Assembly: GCA_964016885.1 (NCBI GenBank)
Contig: OZ024750.1
Coordinates: 44,826,001-44,890,000, forward strand
Direction: 5' to 3'
Source of the DNA: Eledone cirrhosa
Taxonomy: Eukaryota
DNA: 64,000 bases
Part shown: piece after piece, positions 28,780 through 41,600 of the stretch
How the letters are laid out: each line of letters begins with the position of its first letter
How positions within the stretch are numbered: the first letter of the stretch is position 1
Made by a program: the position numbers and the translations under genes
Notes under the pieces: model-generated
Told to the model about the DNA's origin: nothing
Databases searched by the model: none
What the model saw: only the letters and a program-made list of their open reading frames with translations

Positions 28780-29675
28780 GTAAACAATATCGGCAGAGTT
28801 TTGAATTTGTCTCGACTCCCGTAGCTTTCACTTAATTTTCGTTTGACATATGTACTTCTAGATCAATGTAGTATTTTCCGTGAGATGATGCCCCGAATAA
28901 TTACCATTCTACTGAAGTCTATTCAATCAAATCATAAATATCTTTCACTTGGCTCAAAGGGGAGTATGTTTAACAAAGAGAACGAATGGAATAGAATGAT
29001 AGGCTGAGGAGGAGCGAAATCTGGGATAAAAAACATTACATGGTGTGGAATATAAATATACCCAAAATAACAGTTCAGAAAAAAAAAGCAGTTTCAGAGT
29101 GTTTCCAGTTTGAGTCTACATAAATATTTAGGTTTGAAAAACCATGCTCATATTGATATGGTATACGAGTGAAAGAATTCCTTGATGACAAATTCTAAAC
29201 GGTGTAAGAATGGGGAAACCACGGAGTAGAAGAAGAAGAAGGTGACTTGGATTTCTGGGAAGTATTGTTCTATTTCGTAAAGAGTTACAGTCGATAAAAT
29301 AAAACCAGTTAAATACATAGATTAATGCCATCATTGAAAATGGCGCCTAACCATAAGCAGTATACAATGAGAAACAGCAGTAAAAGAAGACAGAGGGACA
29401 TGTTGTATTAAGCATTATACACGTGTAAACAACAATTTGAAGATATATAGCTACGTTAATTTATTTATATCGATTGAATCTCTTGTTTATATATTAGTAT
29501 CTACATGGATATAATTTATTTCACGCTCACTTTTACTGAAAACCTCGCACCTTTCAGATTATCACTCAATCTGTCTCTCTTACTACCTCTCTCCCTATCT
29601 CTGCATCTCTCGCTCTCTCTCTTCCTCTCTCTCTTTCTCAATATATATATATATGTATATATATGTATGTATATA

Positions 29676-29762
<87 letters not shown>

Positions 29763-29773
29763 GTATATATAGG

Positions 29774-29842
<69 letters not shown>

Positions 29843-29859
29843 TTAAGAAAATATACATA

Positions 29860-29889
29860 CGTCTTCAGAAATAATTATTTCTGAAGACG
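29860..29889. repeat. Perfect 30-bp palindrome containing CTGAAGA, in a ~65-bp island between (TA)n tracts
   Basis: cgtcttcagaaataattatttctgaagacg equals its own reverse complement. Confidence 0.8.
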
Positions 29890-29901
29890 GGGGGTAGTGA
29901 A

Positions 29902-29955
<54 letters not shown>

Positions 29956-29968
29956 TATAGATATATAT

Positions 29969-30238
<270 letters not shown>

Positions 30239-30683
30239 CTGCATATACGTCTATACATACATGCATATGCATGCATATATACGCCTCCTTTCGCATAGTT
30301 TAAAAGAGTTTTAAAACAAGTTTAAAACAGTTGATTGTGTTTCAAACCACATAATACCTATCTGATATTAAAAATAAACAAATGCGATTTCTATTATCTT
30401 TATATTGAATACAATTTACATCTAATAACATTTCAACGATATGTATTGGTATAACAATCACATCTCGTTGTAACGACAACTTTTATATTTCTATGGAATA
30501 TATCTTTAACATATAATTTACTTTTTTAGAACTACTTAACTTTATATGACATTGTCAACCTTTATCTTAACATCTAGCTTCTGTTTATTTACTCTTGCTT
30601 TTACTGTTGTTATTGTTGTTAATGTTGTTAGTATGGCTTTGCATTGTTGTTATTGTTATTGTCATTCATTTTGTAGTTGTGAT

Positions 30684-30685
<2 letters not shown>

Positions 30686-30730
<45 letters not shown>

Positions 30731-30883
30731 GGTGTAATTGTCAGTTCATTTATGCTGTTATTGATGTTGTTTCTGTTAGTCTTCTTCTTCTTCTTCTTCT
30801 TCTTCTTCTTCTTCTTCTTCTTCTTCTTCTTCTTCTTCTTCTTCTTCTTCTTCTTCTTCTTCTTCTTCTTCTTCTTCTTCTTC
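30686..30883. repeat. (ATT)n and long perfect (CTT)n trinucleotide microsatellites
   Basis: Read directly; (CTT)n spans 30781-30883. Confidence 0.95.
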
Positions 30884-31410
30884 TATTCACCTTTATTATT
30901 ATTATTATTACTATTATTATTAATATTATTATTGTTGTTGTTGCCGGTAATATTCTATTGTTATGCTTATTTCTATTACAACAGATGACAATATATTTTT
31001 AAATATACCTCAATTGCTCTCATAAGAAGTCTCATTATTATTATTATTACTATTATTACTATTATTATTATTAATATTATTTGGATACAATTCTATTATT
31101 AATTATTATCGATATCATTATTGTTGTTGTTTTTATTGTCATCGTCGTTGTTGTCGTCGTTGTTATTGTCTCTGTTGTTCACATCCAACAGAATATATTT
31201 CAATAGAAATTATACATTAAATGAAAATATGGTCTATATTTTGTTGGTGTCACCGTTTCACCTAACTTCTCTTATTTCTTCTATTAATTGTTTATCTTAT
31301 TTTTACTTTACCTGTCACTTCTATCCTTTCATGATATGTTCTATGTAAATATAAATGGTGTATATATGTTCAAATGTTATCCTTCTGTTTCTATATATAT
31401 CTTGTATGTG

Positions 31411-31521
<111 letters not shown>

Positions 31522-31525
31522 ATAT

Positions 31526-31902
31526 AAATCATGAAAGAAGAGTGACACTGTTTGCTATACAAAAAAGGTTTTTAATCACATTGCTGATTACAACTATGTA
31601 TTGGTGATCAATTGACGCGAAAACAGGCGGGTAGCGATCTCTAGACCTACAAATCCAGAGGAACAATTGTCAGCAATTTGATTAAAATCCTTTTTTGTAT
31701 AGCAAACCGTGTCACTCTTCTTTCTTGATTTATCATTACTCCAAGTCTTAACAACATAGAAATCACCGCGTACTCGTAGCATCACTATGGAAACGCCTTG
31801 TTGAGTCAAACTTAGCCAAGCGTTGATATCATCCACTACTCGGAGTACCCTAACTGGACTACACCTAAGTGGACTACCTATAACAATAATCTGTTATCCC
31901 GT
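31526..31902. mobile_element. Foldback element in (TA)n with a core-deleted hammerhead (31747-31805, +)
   Basis: 31526-31588 is an inverted repeat of ~31668-31732. The motif cttaac [AA] catag...ctatg GAAA cgcc TT gttgag keeps stems I and II, but only AA remains of the 7-nt core. Confidence 0.6.
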
Positions 31903-31921
31903 TATATATATATATATATAT

Positions 31922-32927
31922 ATACATTATGAAGAGAGAAGAAACATTTAGATATAATTAGTAATAAAATGTATCATACCTAAACTGTTCCTAAATTCCT
32001 CGACTACGTAGTTTCGTGGCATAAACAAAAACAATATATCAAAGATATAGAGTCCTTGCGAGGTCTGCCGACTTATCAAGAGGATACCTCATTTTACTAG
32101 TCTCAAGAACGCGTCTACACGACGTGAGAAAGAATCCCAAAAGGCGGAGGGGGAGATAGTCACGCGATATAACGGTCGAGAAACAGAGCTAAGCCTCTTA
32201 TAACCACGAAGAAAATACCACGGAGGCGGAGGGGGTATTCATATCGAGGCCGTAGAAGAGGTAGTGAAGAAGGCGAGAGGTATGAGTAATGGAAGCTTTC
32301 CAGTTGTCCCCACACCTCAAAGATTGCTCGACCAGAGGGAGTTATTAATATATTTAGAAACACACAGATACATGCGGACGCACACATATATACATGAATG
32401 CATCCGCACCCAACTGTGAGTTAAGGGTGCCAACTTCACCGATGTTGCTCAATGAATGACTGGGACAGACCAATTTTTCTTCGTGGTTATAAGAGGCTTA
32501 GCTCTGTTTCTCGACCGTTATATCGCGTGACTATCCCCCCCTCCGCCTTTTGGGATTCTTTCTCACGTCGTGTAGACGCGTTCTTGAGACTAGTAAAATG
32601 AGGTATCCTCTTGATAAGTCGGCAGACCTCGCAAGGACTCTATATCTTTGATATATTGTTTTTGTTTATGCCACGAAACTACGTAGTCGAGGAATTTAGG
32701 AACAGTTTAGGTATGATACATTTTATTACTAATTATATCTAAATGTTTCTTCTCTCTTCATAATGTATGTTTAACTCTGATACTGGTTCAGTCTAGTTCA
32801 AACTGAATTGGTCTGTCCCAGTCATTCATTGAGCAACATCGGTGAAGTTGGCACCCTTAACTCACAGTTGGGTGCGGATGCATTCATGTATATATGTGTG
32901 CGTCCGCATGTATCTGTGTGTTTCTAA

Positions 32928-32935
<8 letters not shown>
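31922..32935. mobile_element. Head-to-head hammerhead element whose arms are circular permutations of a ~590-nt monomer
   Basis: Blocks run A(31922-32215) x B(32346-32475) | A'(32475-32768) y B'(32806-32935), where A' and B' are reverse complements of A and B. (TA)n on both sides. Confidence 0.88.
32606..32693 (+). ncRNA. Hammerhead ribozyme with variant core UUGAUAA and extended stem II (mirror copy 31997-32084, -)
   Basis: tcctc TTGATAA gtcggca...tgccac GAAA ctacgtag TC gagga. Stem I is tcctc/gagga, stem III is the palindrome ACUACGUAGU, and the triplet is GUC. Confidence 0.8.
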
Positions 32936-32996
<61 letters not shown>

Positions 32997-33009
32997 ATAA
33001 ATATATATT

Positions 33010-33395
33010 TATATCTTGTATGTGTATGTATATGTATATGTATGTATATGTGGGTTTATATATACATTGTATATGTATGTGTATGTGTCTATTTATATCT
33101 TGTATGTGTATGGAAATGTGGGTTTATATATGTATTGTATATGTATGCAGTTGTGTCTATTTTTATCTTGTGTGTGTATGTATATGTGGGTTTATATGTA
33201 TTGTATATGTGGGTGTATGTATATGTGGGTTTATATGTATTGTATATGTAGGTGTATGTATATGTGGGTTTATATATGTATTGTATATGTATATGTATGT
33301 GTGTCTGTATATGTCGTTTATGTGTATGTATACATGGGTCTGTATATGTATTGTACATGTATGTGTATGCGTGTCTTGTAATATATGTTTTGTAC
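33010..33395. repeat. Imperfect GT/AT-rich tandem repeat
   Basis: tatatgtgggtttatat..gtattgtatatg recurs. Confidence 0.7.
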
Positions 33396-33859
33396 ATTAA
33401 TACAATAAATGCATTATTGAAAGTTCAGTAAAGTGTGTATGTATACTTGTGTGTGTATGTGTGTTCGTGTGTGTTTATTTGTTTATGTTTGTGCTTGTGT
33501 GTGTATAAATGTGTGCGTGTATGTATGCCTATGCATTTGAGCCTGTGTGTTTGTATGTATGTGTGTAAGTGTGAGTATATTCCTCTATTATTCACATATA
33601 CACTTCACTATAATGAAATTAAACAAATATAATATCATAAGCACATACATGTACAGAGCGTATACACAGAGTATACAGCGCGTATACACAGCGTATACAC
33701 AATATATATACATCATTGTTTACATATATGTATTGTAGATATATTCTTTAAATGCTTTATTTGAATTTAAATTAAAGAAATTAGGACAGACCTTTACCTA
33801 TTGAATTCTTCTTATGTCAAACATTGCTATTTAAATTGATATAAATACTTAATTCTAAA

Positions 33860-35690
33860 ATATATATAACATATATGATAATATATATAACATATATGAT
33901 AATATATATAACATATATGATAATATATATAACATATATGATAATATATATAACATATATGATAATATATATAACATATATGATAATATATATAACATAT
34001 ATGATAATATATATAACATATATGATAATATATATAACATATATGATAATATATGTAACATATATGATAATATATATAACATATATGATAATATATATAA
34101 CATATATGATAATATATATAACATATATGATAATATATATAACATATATGATAATATATATAACATATATGATAATATATATAACATATATGATAATATA
34201 TATAACATATATGATAATATATAAATGACATATATGATAATATATATATAACATATATAATAATACATATGAAATATATAATAATATATATGACATATAT
34301 GATAATATATATAACATATAATGATATATATAACATATATGATAATATATATAACATATATGATAATATATATAACATATATGATAATATATATAACATA
34401 TATAATAATATATATAACATATATAATAATATATATAACATATATAATAATATATATAATAATATATATAACATATATAATAATATATATATAACTGTAC
34501 CTACTTTAGGCACAAGGCTAGCAATTAAACAGTACATTACTGGTACTTTATTTTATCGACCCCGTAAGGATGAAAGGCAAAGTCAACCTCGGCGGGATTT
34601 GAACTCAGATCGTAAAGGGACGTGACTATGCTGGAAAGCATGGCATCCGACCCTCTACCGATACTGCCAATATGACATATATAATAATATATATATAACA
34701 TATAATAATATATATAACATATAATAATATATATAACATATATAATATATATAACATATATAATAATATATATAACACATATGATAATATATATAACATA
34801 TATAATAATATATATAACATAATAATAATATATATAACATATATAATAATATATATAAGATATATGATAATATATATAAGATATATGATAATATATATCA
34901 CATATATGATAATATATATAACATATATGATAATATATATAACATATATAATAATATATATAAGATATATGATAATATATATCACATATATGATAATATA
35001 TATAACATATATGATAATATATATAACATATATGATAATATATATAACATATATAATAATATATATAACATATATGATAATATATATAACATATATAATA
35101 ATATATATAACATATAAAATATATATAACATATATAATATATATAACATATATAATAATATATATATAACATAAAATATATATAACATATATAATATATA
35201 TAACATATATAATAATATATATAACATATAAAATATATATAACATATATAATATATATAACATATATAATATATATAACATATATAATATATATAACATA
35301 TATAATATATATAACATATATAATAATATATATAACATATACAATATATATAACATATATAATATATATAACATATATAATATATATAACATATATAATA
35401 TATATAACATATATAATAATATATATATATAACATAAAATATATATAACATATATAATATATATAACATATATAATAATATATATAACATATAAAATATA
35501 TATAACATATATAATATATATAACATATATAATATATATAACATATATAATAATATATATAACATAAAATATATATAACATATATAATATATATAACATA
35601 TATAATATATATAACATATATGATAATATATATAACACATATAATAATATATACAACATATAATAATATATAAAACATATATAATAATAT
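33860..35690. repeat. AT-rich 18-21-bp minisatellite (ATATATAACATATATGATAAT)
   Basis: Direct periodicity, interrupted by a SINE at 34497-34669. Confidence 0.93.
34497..34669 (-). mobile_element. tRNA-derived SINE
   Basis: Reverse complement of the SINE, from A-box to 3' end. Confidence 0.88.
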
Positions 35691-35705
35691 AGAGTAATTA
35701 ATAAA

Positions 35706-35885
35706 TAATTGTTTCTACTTTAGGCACAAGGCCAGCAATTGCCCAGTGCATTACTGGTACTTTTATTTTATCGACCCCGTAAGGATGAAAGGCAAAGTCA
35801 ACCTCGGCGGGATTTGAAATCAGATCGTAAAGGGACGTAACTATGCTGGAAAGCATGGCGTTCGACCCTCTACCGATACTGCCAA
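35706..35885 (-). mobile_element. tRNA-derived SINE with TSD aataaataat
   Basis: Full SINE body with aataaataat on both sides. Confidence 0.88.
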
Positions 35886-36016
35886 ATAAATAATGAAATA
35901 TTGTTCATTATAGATTGTTCATGAGTTGGTAAGTAGCCGGAAGCCGTAAACTTTGCTTCCATTTCACCAAACAATTAAATAAAGAGGGAGTTCTAACGTG
36001 AGTAAAAAACTGAAGA

Positions 36017-36920
36017 GCGATGACAATGACAAGGAGAACAACAGCAGCACTAGCGAGGAATACAATAACAGCAGCACTAGTGATGACAATCACAAGGAGA
36101 ACAACAGCAGCACTAGCGAGGAATACGACAACAGCAGCACTAGTGATGACAATAACGACAACAGCAGCACTAGTGAGGAATACAGCAACAACAGCACTAG
36201 TGAGGAATACTACAACAGCAGCACTAGTGAGGAATACAGCAACAGCAGCACTAGTGAGGAATACAACAACAGCAACACTAGTGAGGAATATAACAACAGC
36301 AGCACTAGAGAGGAATACAACAACAGCAACACTAGTGAGGAATATAACAACAGCAGCACTAGTGAGGAATACAACAACAGCAGCACTAGTGAGGAATACA
36401 ACAACAGCAGCACTAGTGAGGAATATAACAACAGCAGCACTAGTGAGGAATACAGCAACAACAGCACTAGTGAGGAATACAACAACAGCAACACTAGTGA
36501 GGAATACAGCACAACAGCACTACTGAGGAATACAGCAACAACAGCACTACTGAGGAATATAACAACAGCAGCACTAGTGAAGACAATGACAAGGAGAACA
36601 ACAGCAGATGCGAGGGATACGACAACAGCAGCAGTAGCGAGGAATACAGCAACAACAGCACTAGTGAGGAACACAGCAACAACAGCTCTAGTCATGAAAA
36701 TGACAAGGAGAACAACAGCAGATGCGAGGGATACGACAACGGCAGCACATGCGAGGAATACAGCAACATCAGCACTAGTGATGACAATAACGACACAGCA
36801 GCACTAGTGAGGAATACAGCAACAACAGCACTAGTGATGACAACGATAGAAACAAGTGTCAGTGATGACAACAACAAAACAGCATCATTGAGGACAAGAC
36901 AACAACAACAACAGCAACAA
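36017..36920. repeat. 27-bp AAC/AGC-based minisatellite (AACAACAGCAGCACTAGTGAGGAATAC)
   Basis: Direct periodicity, with a frameshift near 36510. Confidence 0.9.
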
Positions 36921-37470
36921 TAATTGTTTCTACGAAAGGCACAAGGCCAGCAATTTAGAAGGAGGGGAAAGTCGATTAAATCGACCCCATTGCATTACTG
37001 GTACTTTGTTTTATCAACCCCCGTAGGGATGAAAGGCAAAGCTAACCATCGATGACAATAACAACAACAACAACAACAGCAACAACAACAAAAGATAAAA
37101 TAATTGTTTCTACTTTTGGCACATGGCCAGCAATTAACCAGTACATTACTGGTACTTTATTTTATCGACACCGTATGGATGAAAGGCAAAGTTAACCTCG
37201 GCGGGATTTGAACTCAGATCATAAAGGGACGCAACTATGCTGGAAAGCATGGCCGACCTTCTACCGATACTGCCAATTGACCAATAAAAGATAAAATAAT
37301 GATTTCTAATATAGGCACAAGGCCAGCAATTTTGGATTAGGGGAAAGTCAATTAAATCGATCCCATACTGTTGCTTTATTTTATCCACCCTGTAATCATG
37401 AAAGGTAAAGCTAAAGATATAATATTTGTTTCTACTTTTGGCACAAGGCCAGCACATCATCCAGTACATT
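36920..37470 (-). mobile_element. Cluster of four SINE copies or fragments
   Basis: Copies near 36920-37048, 37100-37275 (TSD aaaagataaaataat), 37298-37415 and 37422-37470. Confidence 0.83.
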
Positions 37471-37537
37471 AGATACACGTACACTATCCAGTTGTTTTTA
37501 TATACTTAGAAGTGACCAGGATACTAATAATTCTTCA

Positions 37538-37612
37538 CCCGCTGATGAGCTAGAATTTTGGTATTTCTCTTCACAAATAATATTGCGAACAGTATTATCC
37601 AAACTACCCGGG
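37538..37612 (+). ncRNA. Degenerate hammerhead remnant; the host element runs 3' into (TA)n at ~37790
   Basis: cccg CTGATGA gc...gc GAAC agt...act acc cggg. Stem I and the base of stem II pair, but GAAA and the cleavage triplet are mutated. Confidence 0.5.
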
Positions 37613-37788
37613 GGATTGTTAGTTACCACAATTCTGGTTTGTATTTATTTCCTTGATTTATTCTTAAATTGAGTCTGGTAAACCCCATTGTCTGTAGTTA
37701 GTGTTCTCTTCCCCTTAGCAAATCTGGTCCCTTACGATTTGAACACATATATGTATATGGCTGTGATCGTTTTTTCTTTTTTGTTTAG

Positions 37789-37857
<69 letters not shown>

Positions 37858-37858
37858 C

Positions 37859-37891
<33 letters not shown>

Positions 37892-37910
37892 CATATATAT
37901 ATATATATAT

Positions 37911-37992
<82 letters not shown>

Positions 37993-38639
37993 GTACGTCT
38001 GTATGTATCTTATCTGCGATATTTTGTACATGATTGTATGCGTTTGCATCTATGCATAGATGCATAGATGCATAGATGTGTGTGTGCGTGTATGTGTACG
38101 TTCATGTTATTCGCTATTGTATACACATACATGTGTTTATGATACAAACACACAAACACGATTACCTATACATAGGCAGACACAACCTCTACACGTCTAA
38201 ATTATTCATCTGGTGATCTGTTTCATCTTTCGCTATGTATCTACAACAGATCTGTAGAAATAACTCGACAATTGTCTTTATCGTCAATAAGTTCTACTTG
38301 TGAACATATATAGATTTCTACTTGGAAACATTCCTGGTGGTGTTAGTGGTAGTGGAGGTAGGGTGATGGTGGTGGTGGTGGTGGTGGTGGTGGAGTTGTT
38401 CTGTAGGCGAGTGTGTTTGTATGTGTGTGTGTTGATGGTGTTATCATTGATGTTATGATGTTGGTGGGATTGTAGGTGGTGTTGGTGGTAGTAGTAGTGG
38501 TGGTGTTAGTGGTAGTGATAATGGTGGTGTTAGTAGTAGTGGAGGTAGAGTGGGAGGAGTTTTGTTCTGTAGGGGATGTGTGTGTGTCTGTGTGTGTGTT
38601 GATGGTGTTATCATTGCTGTTATGATATTGGTGGTGTTG

Positions 38640-41600
38640 TAGGTGGTGTTAGTGTCAGTGGGGGTGGTGGTGTTAGTGTCAGTGGTAGTGGTGGTGTTAG
38701 TGTCAGTGGTAGTGGTGGTGTTAGTGTCAGTGGGGTGGTGGTGTTAGTGTCAGTGGGGGTGGTGGTGTTAGTGTCAGTGGGGGTGGTGGTGTTAGTGTCA
38801 GTGGTAGTGGTGGTGTTAGTGTCAATGGTAGTGGTGGTGTTAGTGTCAGTGGGGGTGGTGGTGTTAGTGTCAGTGGTAGTGGTGGTGTTAGTGTCAGTGG
38901 TAGTGGTGGTGTTAGTGTCCGTGGTAGTGGTGGTGTTAGTGTCAGTGGTAGTGGTGGTGTTAGTGTCAGTGGGGGGGGGTGTTAGTGTCAGTGGCGGTGG
39001 TGGTGTTAGTGTCAGTGGGGGTGGTGGTGTTAGTGTCAGTGGCGGTGGTGGTGTTAGTGTCAGTGGTAGTGGTGGTGTTAGTGTCAGTGGTGGTGGTGGT
39101 GTTAGTGTCAGTGGTAGTGGTGGTGTTAGTGTCAGTGGGGGGGGGGTGTTAGTGTCAGTGGTAGTGGTGGTGTTAGTGTCAGTGGGGGTGGTGGTGTTAG
39201 TGTCAGTGGGGGTGGTGGTGTTAGTGTCAGTGGTAGTGGTGGTGTTAGTGTCAGTGGTAGTGGTGGTGTTAGTGTCAGTGGGGGTGGTGGTGTTAGTGTC
39301 AGTGGGGGTGGTGGTGTTAGTGTCAGTGTGGGGGGGGGGTGTTAGTGTCAGTGGTAGTGGTGGTGTTAGTGTCAGTGGTAGTGGTGGTGATAGTGTCAGT
39401 GGTAGTGGTGGTGTTAGTGTCAGTGGTAGTGGTGGTGATAGTGTCAGTGGTAGTGGTGGTGTTAGTGTCAGTGGTAGTAGTGGTGTTAGTGTCAGTTGTA
39501 GTGGTGGTGTTAGTGTCAGTGGTAGTGGTGGTGTTAGTGTCAGTGGTAGTGGTGGTGTTAGTGTCAGTGGTAGTGGTGGTGTTAGTGTCAGTGGTAGTGG
39601 TGGTGATAATGTCAGTGGTAGTGGTGGTGTTAGTGTCAGTGGGGGTGGTGGTGTTAGTGTCAGTGGTAGTGGTGGTGTTAGTGTCAGTGGTAGTGGTGGT
39701 GTTAGTGTCAGGGGTAGTGGTGGTGGTGTTATTGGTAGTGGTGGTGTTAGTGTCAGTGGTAGTGATGGTGTTAGTGTCAGTGGTAGTGGTGGTGTTAGTG
39801 TCAGTGGTAGTGGTGGTGTTAGTGTCAGTGGTAGTGGTGGTGATAGTGTCAGTGGTAGTGGTGGTGTTAGTGTCAGTGGTAGTGGTGGTGTTAGTGTCAG
39901 TGGTAGTGGTGGTGATAGTGTCAGTGGTAGTAGTGGTGTTAGTGTCAGTGGTAGTAGTGGTGTTAGTGTCAGTGGTAGTGGTGGTGATAGTGTCAGTGGT
40001 AGTGGTGGTGTTAGTGTCAGTGGTAGTGGTGGTGTTAGTGTCAGTGGTAGTGGTGGTGTTAGTGTCATGGTAGTGATGGTGTTAGTATCAATGGTAGTGG
40101 TGGTGTTAGTGTCAGTGGTAGTGGTGGTGATAGTGTCAGTGGTAGTGGTGCTGATAGTGTCAGTGGTAGTGGTGGTGTTAGTGTCAGAGGTAGTGGTGGT
40201 GTTAGTGTCAGTGGTAGTGGTGGTGTTCGTGTCAGTGGTAGTGGTGGTGTTAGTGTCAGTGGTAGTGGTGGTGTTAGTGTCAGTGGTGGTGGTGGTGTTA
40301 GTGTTATTGGTAGTGGTGGTGTTAGTGTCAGTGGGGGTGGTGGTGTTAGTGTTATTGGTAGTGGTGGTGTTAGTGTCAGTGGTAGTGGTGGTGTTAGTGT
40401 CAGTGGTGGTGGTGGTGTTAGTGTTATTGGTAGTGGTGGTGTTAGTGTCAGTGGTAGTGGTGGTGGTGTTATTGGTAGTGGTGGTGTTAGTGTTATTGGT
40501 AGTGGTGGTGTTAGTGTCAGTGGTAGTGGTGGTGTTAGTGTCAGTGGTAGTGGTGGTGGTGTTAGTGTCAGTGGTGGTGTTAGTGTCAGTGGTGGTGGTG
40601 GTGTTAGTGTCAGAGGTAGTGGTGGTGTTAGTGTCAGTGGTAGTGGTGGTGTTAGTGTCAGTGGTAGTGGTGGTGTTAGTGTCAGTGGTAGTGGTGGTGT
40701 TAGTGTCAGTGGTGGTGGTGGTGTTAGTGTCAGTGGTGGTGGTGGTGTTAGTGTCAGTGGTAGTGGTGGTGTTAGTGTCAGTGGGGGGGGGGGTGTTAGT
40801 GTCAGTGGTAGTGGTGGTGTTAGTGTCAGTGGGGGTGGTGGTGTTAGTGTCAGTGGGGGTGGTGGTGTTAGTGTCAGTGGTAGTGGTGGTGTTAGTGTCA
40901 GTGGTAGTGGTGGTGTTAGTGTCAGTGGGGGTGGTGGTGTTAGTGTCAGTGGGGGTGGTGGTGTTAGTGTCAGTGTGGGGGGGGGGGGGGGGGTGTTAGT
41001 GTCAGTGGTAGTGGTGGTGTTAGTGTCAGTGGTAGTGGTGGTGATAGTGTCAGTGGTAGTGGTGGTGTTAGTGTCAGTGGTAGTGGTGGTGATAGTGTCA
41101 GTGGTAGTGGTGGTGTTAGTGTCAGTGGTAGTAGTGGTGTTAGTGTCAGTTGTAGTGGTGGTGTTAGTGTCAGTGGTAGTGGTGGTGTTAGTGTCAGTGG
41201 TAGTGGTGGTGTTAGTGTCAGTGGTAGTGGTGGTGTTAGTGTCAGTGGTAGTGGTGGTGATAATGTCAGTGGTAGTGGTGGTGTTAGTGTCAGTGGGGGT
41301 GGTGGTGTTAGTGTCAGTGGTAGTGGTGGTGTTAGTGTCAGTGGTAGTGGTGGTGTTAGTGTCAGGGGTAGTGGTGGTGGTGTTATTGGTAGTGGTGGTG
41401 TTAGTGTCAGTGGTAGTGATGGTGTTAGTGTCAGTGGTAGTGGTGGTGTTAGTGTCAGTGGTAGTGGTGGTGTTAGTGTCAGTGGTAGTGGTGGTGATAG
41501 TGTCAGTGGTAGTGGTGGTGTTAGTGTCAGTGGTAGTGGTTGTGTTAGTGTCAGTGGTAGTGGTGGTGATAGTGTCAGTGGTAGTAGTGGTGTTAGTGTC

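Noticed and set aside
35998-36807. NNSSTSEEY repeat ORF
   Set aside because: It is a 27-bp minisatellite between SINEs with an internal frameshift and no real start or splice context.
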